Shown here in pieces: positions 50,664 through 64,000 of a stretch of 64,000 nucleotides of DNA (position 1 is its first letter; each line of letters starts with the position of its first letter). This stretch comes from Batkoa obscura. Its lineage: Eukaryota. Below the pieces are notes generated by a model. It saw only the letters and a program-made list of their open reading frames with translations. It ran no database searches and had not been told where the DNA came from. The stretch covers positions 372,001-436,000 of the forward strand of contig JASVEC010000002.1 of NCBI GenBank assembly GCA_030770535.1. Direction: 5' to 3'. Made by a program: the position numbers and the translations under genes.

Positions 50664-52688
50664 ATGATACCAACTAATAACGAAGTCGAGGATTTATGTA
50701 AGGCATATCCGCCTATTGACAATTATGGTATAATAGGGAATATGCATACAGTAGCTCTAAGCGGAAGCAATGGTAGTATCGATTTTATGTGCTATCCGAT
50801 CTTTGATTCTCCAAGTATCTTTGCAAGGCTTTTAGATCACAAAAAGGGAGGTCACTTTTCTATTAGCCCATCAAACGGTAAAAGTATCTCTATCAAACAA
50901 CAATATTTACCAGAAACCAATATCTTATCTACTCGTTTCTTGGATACTTCTTATTCTTTACAGTTGAATGATTATATGCATTTGCCTAGTTCCAAGATAT
51001 CTGGAAGTGAACAAATCTACCCTTGGTTAATTCGTTCCGTGGCTTCTACCCGTGGAAAAGTAAGTTTTAAAATGGAATTATATCCTTCATTTAATTATGC
51101 CCAAGACACCCATACTACTAAATTAGTTAAAGTTGAGAACCCAGCTTCAAGTCAAAGTGGGCAATCAGGCGAACATAAAATAGTATTTGAATCTGAAAAG
51201 CTTACCATGGATTTAAGATATGTATTTAAATGTAATAATGAGACCCCTAAATGCAAGCAAGTTCCTGAAATGAATTGGAATATAAGTGAGGTCGTTGAGG
51301 GAGGTAATTTGGGTCCTGGTGTTGAGTTAGAAATGACTTTAGAAGAAGGTCAAGAGATAGTGTTTTTCTTTAGAGAAGTACCTTCAACTTGCAAAGTCAG
51401 TGAAAATTGCGATTACAAACTATCTTTACACGATCCTGAATTATCAGTTGAATTATCTAATCAGTTATTTGAGGATACTTATAGATTCTGGCAATCCTGG
51501 ATCCGTAGTTGTACCTATAAAGGTAGATGGCGAGAAGCGGTGCATCGTTCCGCATTAACTCTCAAATTATTGACTTATAAACCAACCGGGGCTATTGTTG
51601 CATCACCAACTTTTTCATTACCTGAATTTATTGGTGGTACACGTAACTGGGATTATCGATTTTCATGGATAAGAGATGCTTCATTTACCATCTATGCTTT
51701 TATTCGATTGGGATTCATTGAAGAAGCACATGACTATATGAAATATATTGAAAATCGATTAAACAATCTTAATAAAGATGGATCATTGAGTATTATGTAT
51801 AGTATTCATGGCTCAACAGAATTGGAAGAGATTGAACTGAATCATTTGGATGGCTATCGTGGATCTAAACCTGTACGTATTGGTAATGGAGCTGCAGATC
51901 ATATACAATTAGATATCTATGGTGAATTGTTAGATGCTATCTACTTATTTAATAAGTTTGGAGTCCCTATTTCTTATGATATGTGGGTAAAGGTAAGGAA
52001 TATTGCAGATTATGTTGTGGAAAATTGGGACAAAAAAGATATGTCTATTTGGGAAGTAAGAAATCAACAGCAAAACTTTTTATATTCTAAAATCTTATGT
52101 TGGGTTGCTCTTGACCGTAGTATTCGCTTATCTGAAAAGAGAAATCTACCTTGTTTACAAAAAGACAAATGGTTAAAGACAAGAGATACCGTTTATGAAG
52201 AGATTATGACCAAGGGCTGGAATGATGAATTGAAAATGTTTAAACAGTCTTTTGAAGCCGATACTTCGTTAGATTCTTCTGTTTTAATTATGCCTTTGGT
52301 GTTTTTTATCTCCCCAAGTGATCCAAGATTACTTTCTACTATTGATCGTATCCTATTACCATTAGAAAAAGGTGGTCTAGTTTCAAACGGCTTAGTCTAT
52401 AGATATAATCATCTTACCTCTGAGGATGGTGTAGGTGGTGAGGAAGGCTCTTTCTCTATGTGCACCTTTTGGCTAATTGAGGCATTGACTAGAGCAGGTA
52501 AATACAACCCAAGATACTTACATATTGCTACTAATATGTTTGAGCAAATGTTGGGGTATTCTAATCATCTCTGTTTATATTCTGAAGAAATTGCTACCTC
52601 TGGGGAAGCATTGGGTAATTTCCCTCAAGCCTTCACACATATTGCTCTTATCTCCGCTGCCTTTAACTTGGATAGAGTTTTAAAGTAG
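50664..52688 (+). CDS. GH15 glycoside hydrolase (trehalase/glucoamylase-like, no signal peptide), intronless
   Basis: PIDNYGIIGN, FDSPSIFARLLD, GAIVASPTFSLPE..GGTRNWDYRFSWIRD, PVRIGNGA, QLDIYGE, SIWEVR, EGSFSMCTFW and LGNFPQAFTH. Confidence 0.92.
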   Translation: MIPTNNEVEDLCKAYPPIDNYGIIGNMHTVALSGSNGSIDFMCYPIFDSPSIFARLLDHKKGGHFSISPSNGKSISIKQQYLPETNILSTRFLDTSYSLQLNDYMHLPSSKISGSEQIYPWLIRSVASTRGKVSFKMELYPSFNYAQDTHTTKLVKVENPASSQSGQSGEHKIVFESEKLTMDLRYVFKCNNETPKCKQVPEMNWNISEVVEGGNLGPGVELEMTLEEGQEIVFFFREVPSTCKVSENCDYKLSLHDPELSVELSNQLFEDTYRFWQSWIRSCTYKGRWREAVHRSALTLKLLTYKPTGAIVASPTFSLPEFIGGTRNWDYRFSWIRDASFTIYAFIRLGFIEEAHDYMKYIENRLNNLNKDGSLSIMYSIHGSTELEEIELNHLDGYRGSKPVRIGNGAADHIQLDIYGELLDAIYLFNKFGVPISYDMWVKVRNIADYVVENWDKKDMSIWEVRNQQQNFLYSKILCWVALDRSIRLSEKRNLPCLQKDKWLKTRDTVYEEIMTKGWNDELKMFKQSFEADTSLDSSVLIMPLVFFISPSDPRLLSTIDRILLPLEKGGLVSNGLVYRYNHLTSEDGVGGEEGSFSMCTFWLIEALTRAGKYNPRYLHIATNMFEQMLGYSNHLCLYSEEIATSGEALGNFPQAFTHIALISAAFNLDRVLK

Positions 52689-53108
52689 ATGTAGTGAAAT
52701 TATTGTTGTTTTAATATCCTACTATCAAATTAACTATTTTAACATTATAACATGTTTAATGTTAAAAATAAATTATCTTTAATACATTATTATCATTTTT
52801 AAAATTTCAAAAAAATAATATAACTAAAAAACCTTTAGTTTTTATAACCAAGACGAAATCTTCATAATCATCCTTTCAATAATTTATTAATTTTATAAAT
52901 ATTATAGACTTCAAATATGATTATTATGTTTTATAATATAGAAATAGCTCAATGCTAGTCAAAAATGTTATCATAAAGCAAAAGGTTTAAGCTCACATAG
53001 TGATATAGGAGTCTTAAAAGCAATCATAAAAGTTATAAAATATATATCATTTTTTATAATTATTACAATTATTCATTTTTATTAGTTTAGAAGCTTAAAG
53101 TCAACATT

Positions 53109-53210
53109 TGGGACTGTGTTTTTGTTTAAGAATTTTACTACCAATCTTTCCACTCAAATAGTACTTACTTAAGATAGAAAAAGTGATGAAATCAAAAAAA
53201 AACACTCCCA
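53109..53210 (+). mobile_element. MITE family A copy
   Basis: TGGGAC...CACTCCCA with core. Confidence 0.76.
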
Positions 53211-53848
53211 TTTAATAAATTTTCAATTTTTATAAATTCACTTTGGATTTTAGATAAGTAGTTATAAACCATTGCAAAAAAAGTTATTTTATGCAAATAA
53301 AAAAATTTACTTTGCAAAATCATAATTTGAAGTTAGAGTCATTTTTTCAAAGATCTGAAAAGTTTACATAAAAAGTATCTTTTTTGTGATATAAAATACA
53401 TTCATTGTATTTCAAACTTGTAAAGCTTAGAAAGAGTTTGAAGGATGTAAGAAAAATAGAAGCTATCATTAGTTTATAGCCTCCGACTTTGCCCTCATGC
53501 TTTTTATGAACCAATGAGTGGATATTTTAAAAATCATAAGTAAGAGCTAGTTATATTCCTTTTAGGATTTTTAACTCTTCTCCCCCCAGAGTTCCCTCAC
53601 TAGTGGCTAAGTTCCATAAGTTGCTAGTAGAGTACTTATTCTTCTAGTTACTAATAAAACATTTAAGATTAACTCCCTTTAAGAAATAAAATCAATAACT
53701 CATAGGTCATTATTATATTATTATAAATTATAAAATCCTACATTTTTCAATGAGTCATCGGCTAAATAAGATTTACACTTATAAAAGTGTATTAAATAAT
53801 ATTGTAATGATTTGGAGATAAATCACACACTATAGGGTCTTTTGTTTA

Positions 53849-53884
53849 AAGTAGTGTTTAAGTTTACAAACTTAAACACTACTT
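53849..53884. repeat. Perfect inverted repeat, 17-bp arms with 2-nt spacer
   Basis: AAGTAGTGTTTAAGTTT-AC-AAACTTAAACACTACTT. Confidence 0.85.
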
Positions 53885-54177
53885 CATCTTTCATGTTATA
53901 ATAATATCAAACGTAAGGTTAAATAGCCACTATAGTGTTTACTCAACAAAGGGAATGATAAGTTTATTAATTAAATCTTCCTTTTGCCTCATTATATAAA
54001 TATAATGAGACAATTTTTTTAGGTAAAAAGAAAAGGAAGGAAAAGAAAAACCAATCAACACCAACTTGAAAGTAAGACTCTATTTAGAAAAATTCTACTA
54101 AAGTTAATTCTATAAGTGTTAATATGAAATAATCGTAAGGAAGTCGAAACTCCTTTATATTAAAATAAAGCCCATTT

Positions 54178-55851
54178 TTAAATTAATAAACCAGCTACAC
54201 ATGCTGATACAAAGGTACAGATAGTACCTGTCAACATAGCAGAGAAGGCAACATTAGCAAGGTCATGTTTACGTGATGGTGCCATAGCTCCTAAACAACC
54301 AACTTGGATACCAATGGAAGCTAAATTAGCAAAACCACAAAGGGAATAGATAGCAAGTACATTGGCACGTACTGAAAGAACGTTAGCGGCTTCAAGTTTA
54401 GTTAATTCAGCAAAGGCAGCAAATTCATTAACAAACATTTTAATAGCCATAAGTTTACCAACTTCATAACATTCACTTGGTGGTACACCAACAAAGAAAG
54501 CAAATGGTACAAAGACATAACCCATAATAAGCTCAAGGGTTAACTTTTCAATGTTAACAAAGGAACCTAACCAAGTAAGTAAAGAATTGACTAAAGCAAG
54601 TAAAGAAATAACAGCCAAAAGAGTACCACCAATAAGTAAAACTAAAGTAACACCTTGAGCAGCACCATTAGCGGCAGCATGTAAAATATTGACTTCTTTT
54701 TCTTCAGATTTTGGTACAGTTACTGTACCCTTGGTCTTACTTTCTTCAAGTTCTGGATAACGCATTTTAGAAAGAGCAAGTGAACATGGGATGGACATAA
54801 CACAAGAGGTGATTAAAGATTGAGGATCAATTTTCATGTTAATGAAAGCAATTAAAACGGAACCTGCAATGGTAGCAAAACCAGATGTCATAACTTGATG
54901 AAGTTCAGCAATAGTCATTTCAGCTAAGAAAGGTTTGACTAATAAAGCGGATTCACCTTGTCCAACAAACGGAGAAGCAGCAGCTACTACAGATTCAGAG
55001 CCAGAAGTATCCATTAAACTTTTAAAGAACCAAGCAAACTTAACTACAAGCCATTGCATAGCACCAGTGTAGTAAACAATTTGAATAAATGAAGCAAAGA
55101 ATAATACACCTGGTAATACAGTGAATACAAAGATCATTTCATTAGCGAAATCACCAGCTACAAATTTAGCACCTTCTTTGGCGAAACCAAGTAAAGCAGC
55201 ACATTGAAGAGATAACCAATGGAATAAGGAGTAACCAGCATAGGTCTTAATGACAAAGATACCAAGTAAAAATTGTAAAATGATCCCAACAACAACGGTT
55301 TGCCAGTTGATATTCTTTGGACTCCTTGAAGTAGCGAACATAAGGAAAGTAAATACAAATAAACCTAATAAAGATTGACCTCTTTGTAATAAAGTTCCGT
55401 TGGCAGTTTCTGGGGTACCAAAAGCGACAGCAATAAGTAAAGTAAGAGCGAGAGTAATACCAATTCCATACTTATAAAGTGTCTTTGTACTTCTAAATAA
55501 ACGACCAATTGGTTTCCAAGCAATAGAAATAGGACGAGTAACAATAGTAGTTGGTACAAATTCGAAGAAAATTTTAAGAGAAATAAAAGCATAAAGTAAA
55601 CAACGAACAAGAGGATCTTCTGGATGAAGGACTAAAGTGGCAATGAAATAAGCGGTCATTAATACCCAAAATACAGCTAAAATAATTTTGGTAAGATATC
55701 TTCTCCAAAATGGTTTTGGAGTATCACTTGAAGCCTCCTCTGAACCATAAGAATCTAAATGAGGTCTTGGACCCGATTTCTCATTATCGTAATTATCGAC
55801 CGGAATTTCAACGTTATCCGGTCTTGTCTTTTCATCAATTTGAGTGGACAT
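54178..55851 (-). CDS. CNT1: Concentrative (H+/Na+) nucleoside transporter, CNT family, intronless
   Basis: INWQTVVVGIILQF, SGSESVVAAASPFVGQGES, MTSGFATIAGSV, KMFVNEFAAF and YSLCGFANLASIGIQVG. Confidence 0.93.
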   Translation of the reverse strand: MSTQIDEKTRPDNVEIPVDNYDNEKSGPRPHLDSYGSEEASSDTPKPFWRRYLTKIILAVFWVLMTAYFIATLVLHPEDPLVRCLLYAFISLKIFFEFVPTTIVTRPISIAWKPIGRLFRSTKTLYKYGIGITLALTLLIAVAFGTPETANGTLLQRGQSLLGLFVFTFLMFATSRSPKNINWQTVVVGIILQFLLGIFVIKTYAGYSLFHWLSLQCAALLGFAKEGAKFVAGDFANEMIFVFTVLPGVLFFASFIQIVYYTGAMQWLVVKFAWFFKSLMDTSGSESVVAAASPFVGQGESALLVKPFLAEMTIAELHQVMTSGFATIAGSVLIAFINMKIDPQSLITSCVMSIPCSLALSKMRYPELEESKTKGTVTVPKSEEKEVNILHAAANGAAQGVTLVLLIGGTLLAVISLLALVNSLLTWLGSFVNIEKLTLELIMGYVFVPFAFFVGVPPSECYEVGKLMAIKMFVNEFAAFAELTKLEAANVLSVRANVLAIYSLCGFANLASIGIQVGCLGAMAPSRKHDLANVAFSAMLTGTICTFVSACVAGLLI

Positions 55852-57023
55852 GATTTTTTTAAAGTATTAATTATAAAAGTTTTGTTATAAAAAACAAACT
55901 TTTAAAAAGTTAAAAGTATAGAATTAAAATTAAATTATTGTTTAAAAAAATTTTAATTCAACTATTTATACTATTTGTTGATTATCTAGCTCTTAACAAA
56001 AATTTTATTAGATGAATTAAAACTTATTGATATATGACCTCATGTTACTTAAAGATTACTTAATAAAGTGATTTCACTCTTTAAAATTGCTAAGATCGTA
56101 TTTATTTAGATAAGTTTCGAAATTTATTAAATATCTTCTTAAGTATATTCCAACCAATCAACTTTCATTTGAAAGCTTTAAATACTACTTTTAGAAACTG
56201 TAAATCGAAATAGTCATTGAATATTTATTCAAGTAATGGGAACTACCATCACAAGATAGTCGACTTTAAATTGTGGGGTAAAATGGTTACTAGTTGATGT
56301 GTATTTTTGTATAATTTGAGTTCATTTTTTATAGCATTTTCAATAATTAGATTTACCATGCTATTTAAAGTAAGACACTTGCTCCATCCAAAGTCAAGCT
56401 TTGTATTGCTGTTACTATTCAACTATTCGAACCTTTTATTTTTATTTTTATTTATTTTTATTTATTTCATCGGTTCATTTATTTAGTATTGTTCTTTAGT
56501 TGACACTTGGAATGAAATTTAACCAATTATTATGTTTCAACTATTATTCCTTTAATAACTCTCTCCTTGTTGAAGATTAGTATTAGAAATTTGAACGTAA
56601 TTAATTACCTTCTATTTTTAATAATGTTTTTATGGTTTTATAATTCAAGATTGAATATAAGGTACTAAAGACAGAGCTCTTATTCTTATTCATTTATTTT
56701 TCACGTTATTTTGAACTTTTTAATTGCTTTAGTAATTTTAAATGTTACATCGACAATCAAATACTTCACCTTATTTATAATAATAAGTTGTTAACTTACC
56801 ATTTTATTTTAAATATTTAAATTTATTTAGACTTATTCGAATATAATAATATTTAAAAGAAAGAATAAACTTAGAATTAGCTATAAATATCTTACCAATC
56901 GCTTAATAAATTTAAATTTTTTTAAGGATTTTATTTGATTATCTTTAGAATCTAAGAATTAATAATTTGAAAAATCTATATTGAAAATTATTTCAATACC
57001 CTTAATACCAGAATAGGGTATTG

Positions 57024-57171
57024 TATTATATTATCTTATATTATCTTATATTATCTTATATTATCTTATATTATATTATCTTATATTATATTATATTATA
57101 TTATATTATATTATATTATATTATATTATATTATATTATATTAAATTAAATTATATTATATTATATTATAT
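57024..57171. repeat. Compound microsatellite (TTATCTTATA)n / (TTATA)n
   Basis: Directly visible tandem repeat. Confidence 0.95.
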
Positions 57172-58375
57172 CACTGTTTTATTTTATTTTATTTTTATTT
57201 TAAATATGATTTTTTTTATTTTAGTCCTATTAAGTAATAATATAATATAGTCATCTAATTTAATTTTTATTAAGTTTATTCCATGTTAAATTGAATTTCA
57301 GAATTAAGTTTCTAGATTATTAAATTTGAAATACAAAATCTTTAATAAAATGATTAATGAATTAAAAGAATTTAAACTATATTTATTATATTTTTTTAAT
57401 ATCGCTAATAATACAAGTGTAAATAATACAAATATGTATTTCCCGATACGGGGAAGTATTAATTACAATTGCTGTGATTTCAATATAAAATTCAATCTAG
57501 ATTTTGTACACTTATTAGCATGCCATTAATTTATTTTTGTAACCTTGTTTTTATTATTATTTCCATAAATCCGCTAGCTTAGGTAATAACTCATTTGGAG
57601 ATAAATAGTTTCTAAATATTATTACACAATACAATTAAGTACAAAAGTAGATGAAGAGTTTTTTGTACATAATAAATAAATAAATAATTTTATTTAATTG
57701 TTTTTAACATAAAATTCAAAAAATTTATTAGATGATGGAACGAATTTTTATCTCCCTTTTTTATTAATTCAACTTTTTTTATCCTTTTATTAAAGATAAG
57801 GGATAATTTTATAAGTATTAGAGTCAATGTGCTTAAAATAAAAGCTTATAAAATAAAAACTTATAATGTATATATAAATAGATTCTACTTTTATATATTT
57901 ATAATAATATCTCTTTATAATTTATAATAACCTGCTATAATACACAATTAATTAAATATTATTATTAATAAAAATAAAACCACCATCAATTCCTTTATTA
58001 GATCATCAATAAATAATAAAACCCTTAATTAAAGTATATTTGTTTTTTTATTAAAAAGATCAGATTTATCATTTTATGCACTTTAATTAAAAGAATCCTT
58101 TAGGAATATTAAAATAGTTGAAATAAACTTAGTTGATTTGTTTAAATTATTGTTTGAAATAAGATTATTATTGTTACTTTGTTGTTATTGTTTTTTATAA
58201 TAATATAATATTAATAGATTCTAACTTTTATTTGTTTATTGTTTATCAAAATTTAAGTGTAAATATTTTATTTTTATCTATTTGTAAACTATAATAAACT
58301 TTGACAAAAAAATTGTAAGTGATTAAATCATTTGATTTATTGTATAAATGATACATAGTAAATAATAAAAATAAT

Positions 58376-58462
58376 AAAAATAAAAATAAAAATAAAAATA
58401 AAAATAAAAATAAAAATAAAAATAAAAATAAAAATAAAACTTTTACAAAAATAAAAATAAAA
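58376..58462. repeat. (TAAAA)n-type microsatellite
   Basis: Directly visible tandem repeat. Confidence 0.93.
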
Positions 58463-58575
58463 TTCTTATTAAAATATAAACTTCATTTAAAACATTTATA
58501 TTGTCAAACAAATTGAAAGTATCGTTTATTTACTATAATCATTATCTTTTTTAAAGCCTTGAAATAACTGTAACT

Positions 58576-58612
58576 TGGAGGTGTTTTTTTTAAACACAAA
58601 AATACATCCCTA
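58576..58612. mobile_element. TIR-only remnant of MITE family A
   Basis: TGGAGGTGTTTTTTTT joined directly to AAACACAAAAATACATCCCTA. Confidence 0.6.
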
Positions 58613-58791
58613 CCCTCATTTCTTATTTCAGATAACAAAATAGAAAGTTTAAATAGAAGTAGAAAATAAAGTTAAGTATTAGTAGATAAGATGTAAACAA
58701 GATGAATAAAATTCTTAATAGTAATTATAAAGTTAGAAATGTTATGAAATTTATTAGCTTCTATTTGATATCCAAATTAACATATAACATA

Positions 58792-58892
58792 TGGGGATGT
58801 ATTTTTTGGTTTCATAACTTTTTCCATTTTTTAAACGCTATTTGAGCAGAGAGATTGTTAGTAAAATTATTAAGCAAAAAAATACATCCCTA
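58792..58892 (-). mobile_element. MITE family A copy
   Basis: TA|TGGGGATG...CATCCCTA|TA. Confidence 0.85.
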
Positions 58893-59209
58893 TATAAAAT
58901 ACTCTTTAAGATCCTTAAAATTTTAACTTTTTACAACTTTCAAATCTGGTAAGGTTCTTCTTTGAGCATACATTTTGGTTTACGCAGTCTTTTACTTAAT
59001 AGCAAGTGAGGGGTATCTTTCAACAAGGGTAAAATTCATTTTTGGTTATTTTACCCATGTTAAAAATTAATCTTAGTAATTTCCATCAATAAAACTTTAC
59101 TGCGTAAATTGGGTTGAATTTTCAATAAGAAATTTAAATTCAAAAAATATTTTTTAAAAAAGTACCTAATTTTTCAAGCTTATTGTACTTTTAAAAGAAA
59201 AACTAGTAA

Positions 59210-61652
<2,443 letters not shown>

Positions 61653-61816
61653 AGTATAGATAAAGAATAATAAATAGAAGTTTCTATAAAGAATATTCGA
61701 TATTAAATAAATATATAAATATAGTTATAAGTCTATACTTAATTTTATTATTATTTATTTTATTATATAAGTGTTAAATAAATAAAATATTGAATTTAAT
61801 TTTAACTCCTTTTACT

Positions 61817-64000
61817 TTATTGTTTTGCTAAAAACCCAGCTAAATCTTCAATTGCCTTTTGAATATTTTTACGAAAACCAAGATGATCTGTAGAATTTGA
61901 TTGATTCCATTTTGAGATAGATAATTTAATATCTTGTTTATCGATTGCATAATTAACACCATAACCATCTTTAACTACAGGTGCAAAACCACCATAAAAA
62001 TATTTACCTGGTGACATATTGGAAGTAGATAATTTGAAACTCATAGATTCAATATAAGATGGATGTTGAAATAATTGAGGTGTTTTTTCTTCTTCTTGAA
62101 TCATACATCTAAGTCCCAAAAGATGACGATCAATACCTTGTCCACGGGATGCTTTTTTCATATATGATAAATGAGCAGTAAATGCATTTTTAATAGCTTC
62201 TAACTTTTTGTTATGAGAGATATCTTTATCATCAAACAATTGAACAAATTGTTTACTTTCAATCGAACAACTCCTAACTGTTTCTGTTCTACCATGTAAA
62301 AAAGCTCTAGTAGAGGCTGTTTCATAAGTAGGTCCAACTTCTCCTTGTTGTCGATAATAAGCTAACTGTAAGGCCATTTGTAAAAAGGTATCAGGACTGA
62401 CTTTAAGACTCTTGAGTAAGGCGGAACCAATACCTGAATGATGTAATAGTACACTTTCAATGTTAGAGATGAATTTTGGTACTCGTTCATGGGCTTCATT
62501 AATTAAAGTATTGACTTCATTATTTACTTCCCATCGTAATAATTTAGGTTCTTCTAAAGTTATATCATTAGCTACATTAATAGGGTCACTATGAGGTTCA
62601 CTATATTTATTATAATTATAATTATAACTATTTAGTATTTATTATTAATACATAATATATATTTACTTTGCTAAAATTTCGTTAATAATTCTGCCAGGTA
62701 TAACAGCATCAGCAGGGGTATGCTATTTAGTAAATCGATGTTAATATTTGTTATCATGTTGATATCTATTATCATATTATTAATATTCTTTACCTCTCCA
62801 TTAATACCAGCTCTACCATTATTAGTTAAAATTAATTGAATAGCTTTATCAAACCAACGATTTTGGCCTGTATGACCATGAAATATAACTTGATGAGATT
62901 CATCAATATTAGTTGAAGGAGAATAATCTTCTAAACATAAAACAAATAAACTTGTATCAATGTAATTTAAAGTTTGTTGATTTAATTGATTAGTTTCTAA
63001 TAATTCTCTTGCTTTTGCCCAAATATCTCGATGTTCACCAGTTAATACACCTACATTTGGTTGATATTGAGATTGATCTAAATTATCAATTGAATTAATA
63101 GCTAATCTCAATTGATTTATTATTGTTTTTATAGATACTCTTTCACTATTTTTTCCGTATACAGGTACTTCAACTAATTGATTTTTGTAACTTAATATTA
63201 TATGATGAGCTAAACATGGATAAGAAGATTCAATTTTATCTCTTTTCATTTTTGGTATTCTAGTTGTTCCTAGTTGTTGATGATATTGATTCATACATAA
63301 TGGGGTTTCTTTTATATACTCTGGTTCGATTTCTTCTCTGTTTTAAATATATGAATATATAAGTACTATGCACTATATAATTACTATATAATTATTACCT
63401 ATTTAAAGCATCATTAAAATTTAATATACCCGTAATTAAACCAGCAGCTCTTTCAATTTGTAAATCTGTAGTTTTGCCTTTAATTGGATTATTTACTAAA
63501 CCATTTGGATGATCTTTAAATTCACACCACCAATTTACATTTAATAATGTTGGTTCACGATATTCTAAATATCCTTTATTTAACCAAATATCTTCAAGCC
63601 AAGAATTCTATTTATTAAATAAACATAAATATATAAAATAATAATGCTAAATCAATATTTCTTTACCTTTTGTTTTAAATCATACTCAATTAATCTTTGT
63701 TGTAACTTATTACCTTCTTCACCATAAAATGGAGCAATTGCCTTTAAAGCATCTTTATATTGAATTTCATCATACAGTGGTAATAAAGATTTTTCATACA
63801 TTTTCAAAGTATGTTCAAGTGGTGGAATAGGTAATCTTGGTAAGCTAGTTTGGTTATCAAAGGTTTTTAATTTACTCTTTTCAATTCCAGAGTCTGTTTT
63901 AACAGAATACTGCTGTAAACTTAAGAGCTGACGAAACTGAAGAGGTTTACTTCTAGTATGTTTATTAATTACCTTTATTATTAGTGTTGTTTTAAAAGAT
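61817..64000 (-). CDS. Carnitine O-acyltransferase (CAT2/CRAT-like), multi-exon, 5' end beyond window
   Basis: KTFDNQTSLPRLPIPPL, NRWFDK, GINGE|HTPADAV, SPDTFLQMALQLAYY, PTYETASTRAFLHGRTETVRS, GIDRHLLGL, LSTS and GFAPVVKDGYG. Confidence 0.92.

Noticed and set aside
61803..61828. Peroxisomal PTS1 or readthrough-generated PTS1 on the carnitine acetyltransferase
   Set aside because: The C-terminus is AKQ (non-canonical) and readthrough of the TAA would end in KRS, so neither is convincing.

Overview
Very AT-rich eukaryotic DNA with short GT-AG introns. Gene content suggests an early-diverging fungus, possibly Entomophthoromycotina (Conidiobolus-like); this is inference, not a database match. 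Intron-containing genes: dihydropteridine reductase, an MFS sugar porter, SGT1, a DUF1295 membrane protein, a GPI-phospholipase D-like protein, PRP43 and a carnitine acetyltransferase running off the right edge. Intronless genes: GH17, three tandem small homeobox genes, two small orphan genes, a 3-repeat Myb, two near-identical bacterial-type S8 subtilisins, GH15 and a CNT nucleoside transporter. There is one intron-containing tRNA-Tyr(GTA). Pseudogenes largely missed by the ORF track include an NADP-dependent alkenal reductase and two paralogous CE4 chitin deacetylases. About 27 copies of one ~100-bp MITE-like element are scattered through the window. Most notable are (1) the homeobox triplet with an invariant C-terminal SHYWASTMNxC motif and shared promoter footprints, (2) the MITE family, whose 2-bp footprint can be read from two insertions in dead genes, and (3) a gene-conversion mosaic in the subtilisin pair, with differences confined to patches in the catalytic domain. 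All alignments and counts were done by eye, so pseudogene and repeat boundaries are approximate.
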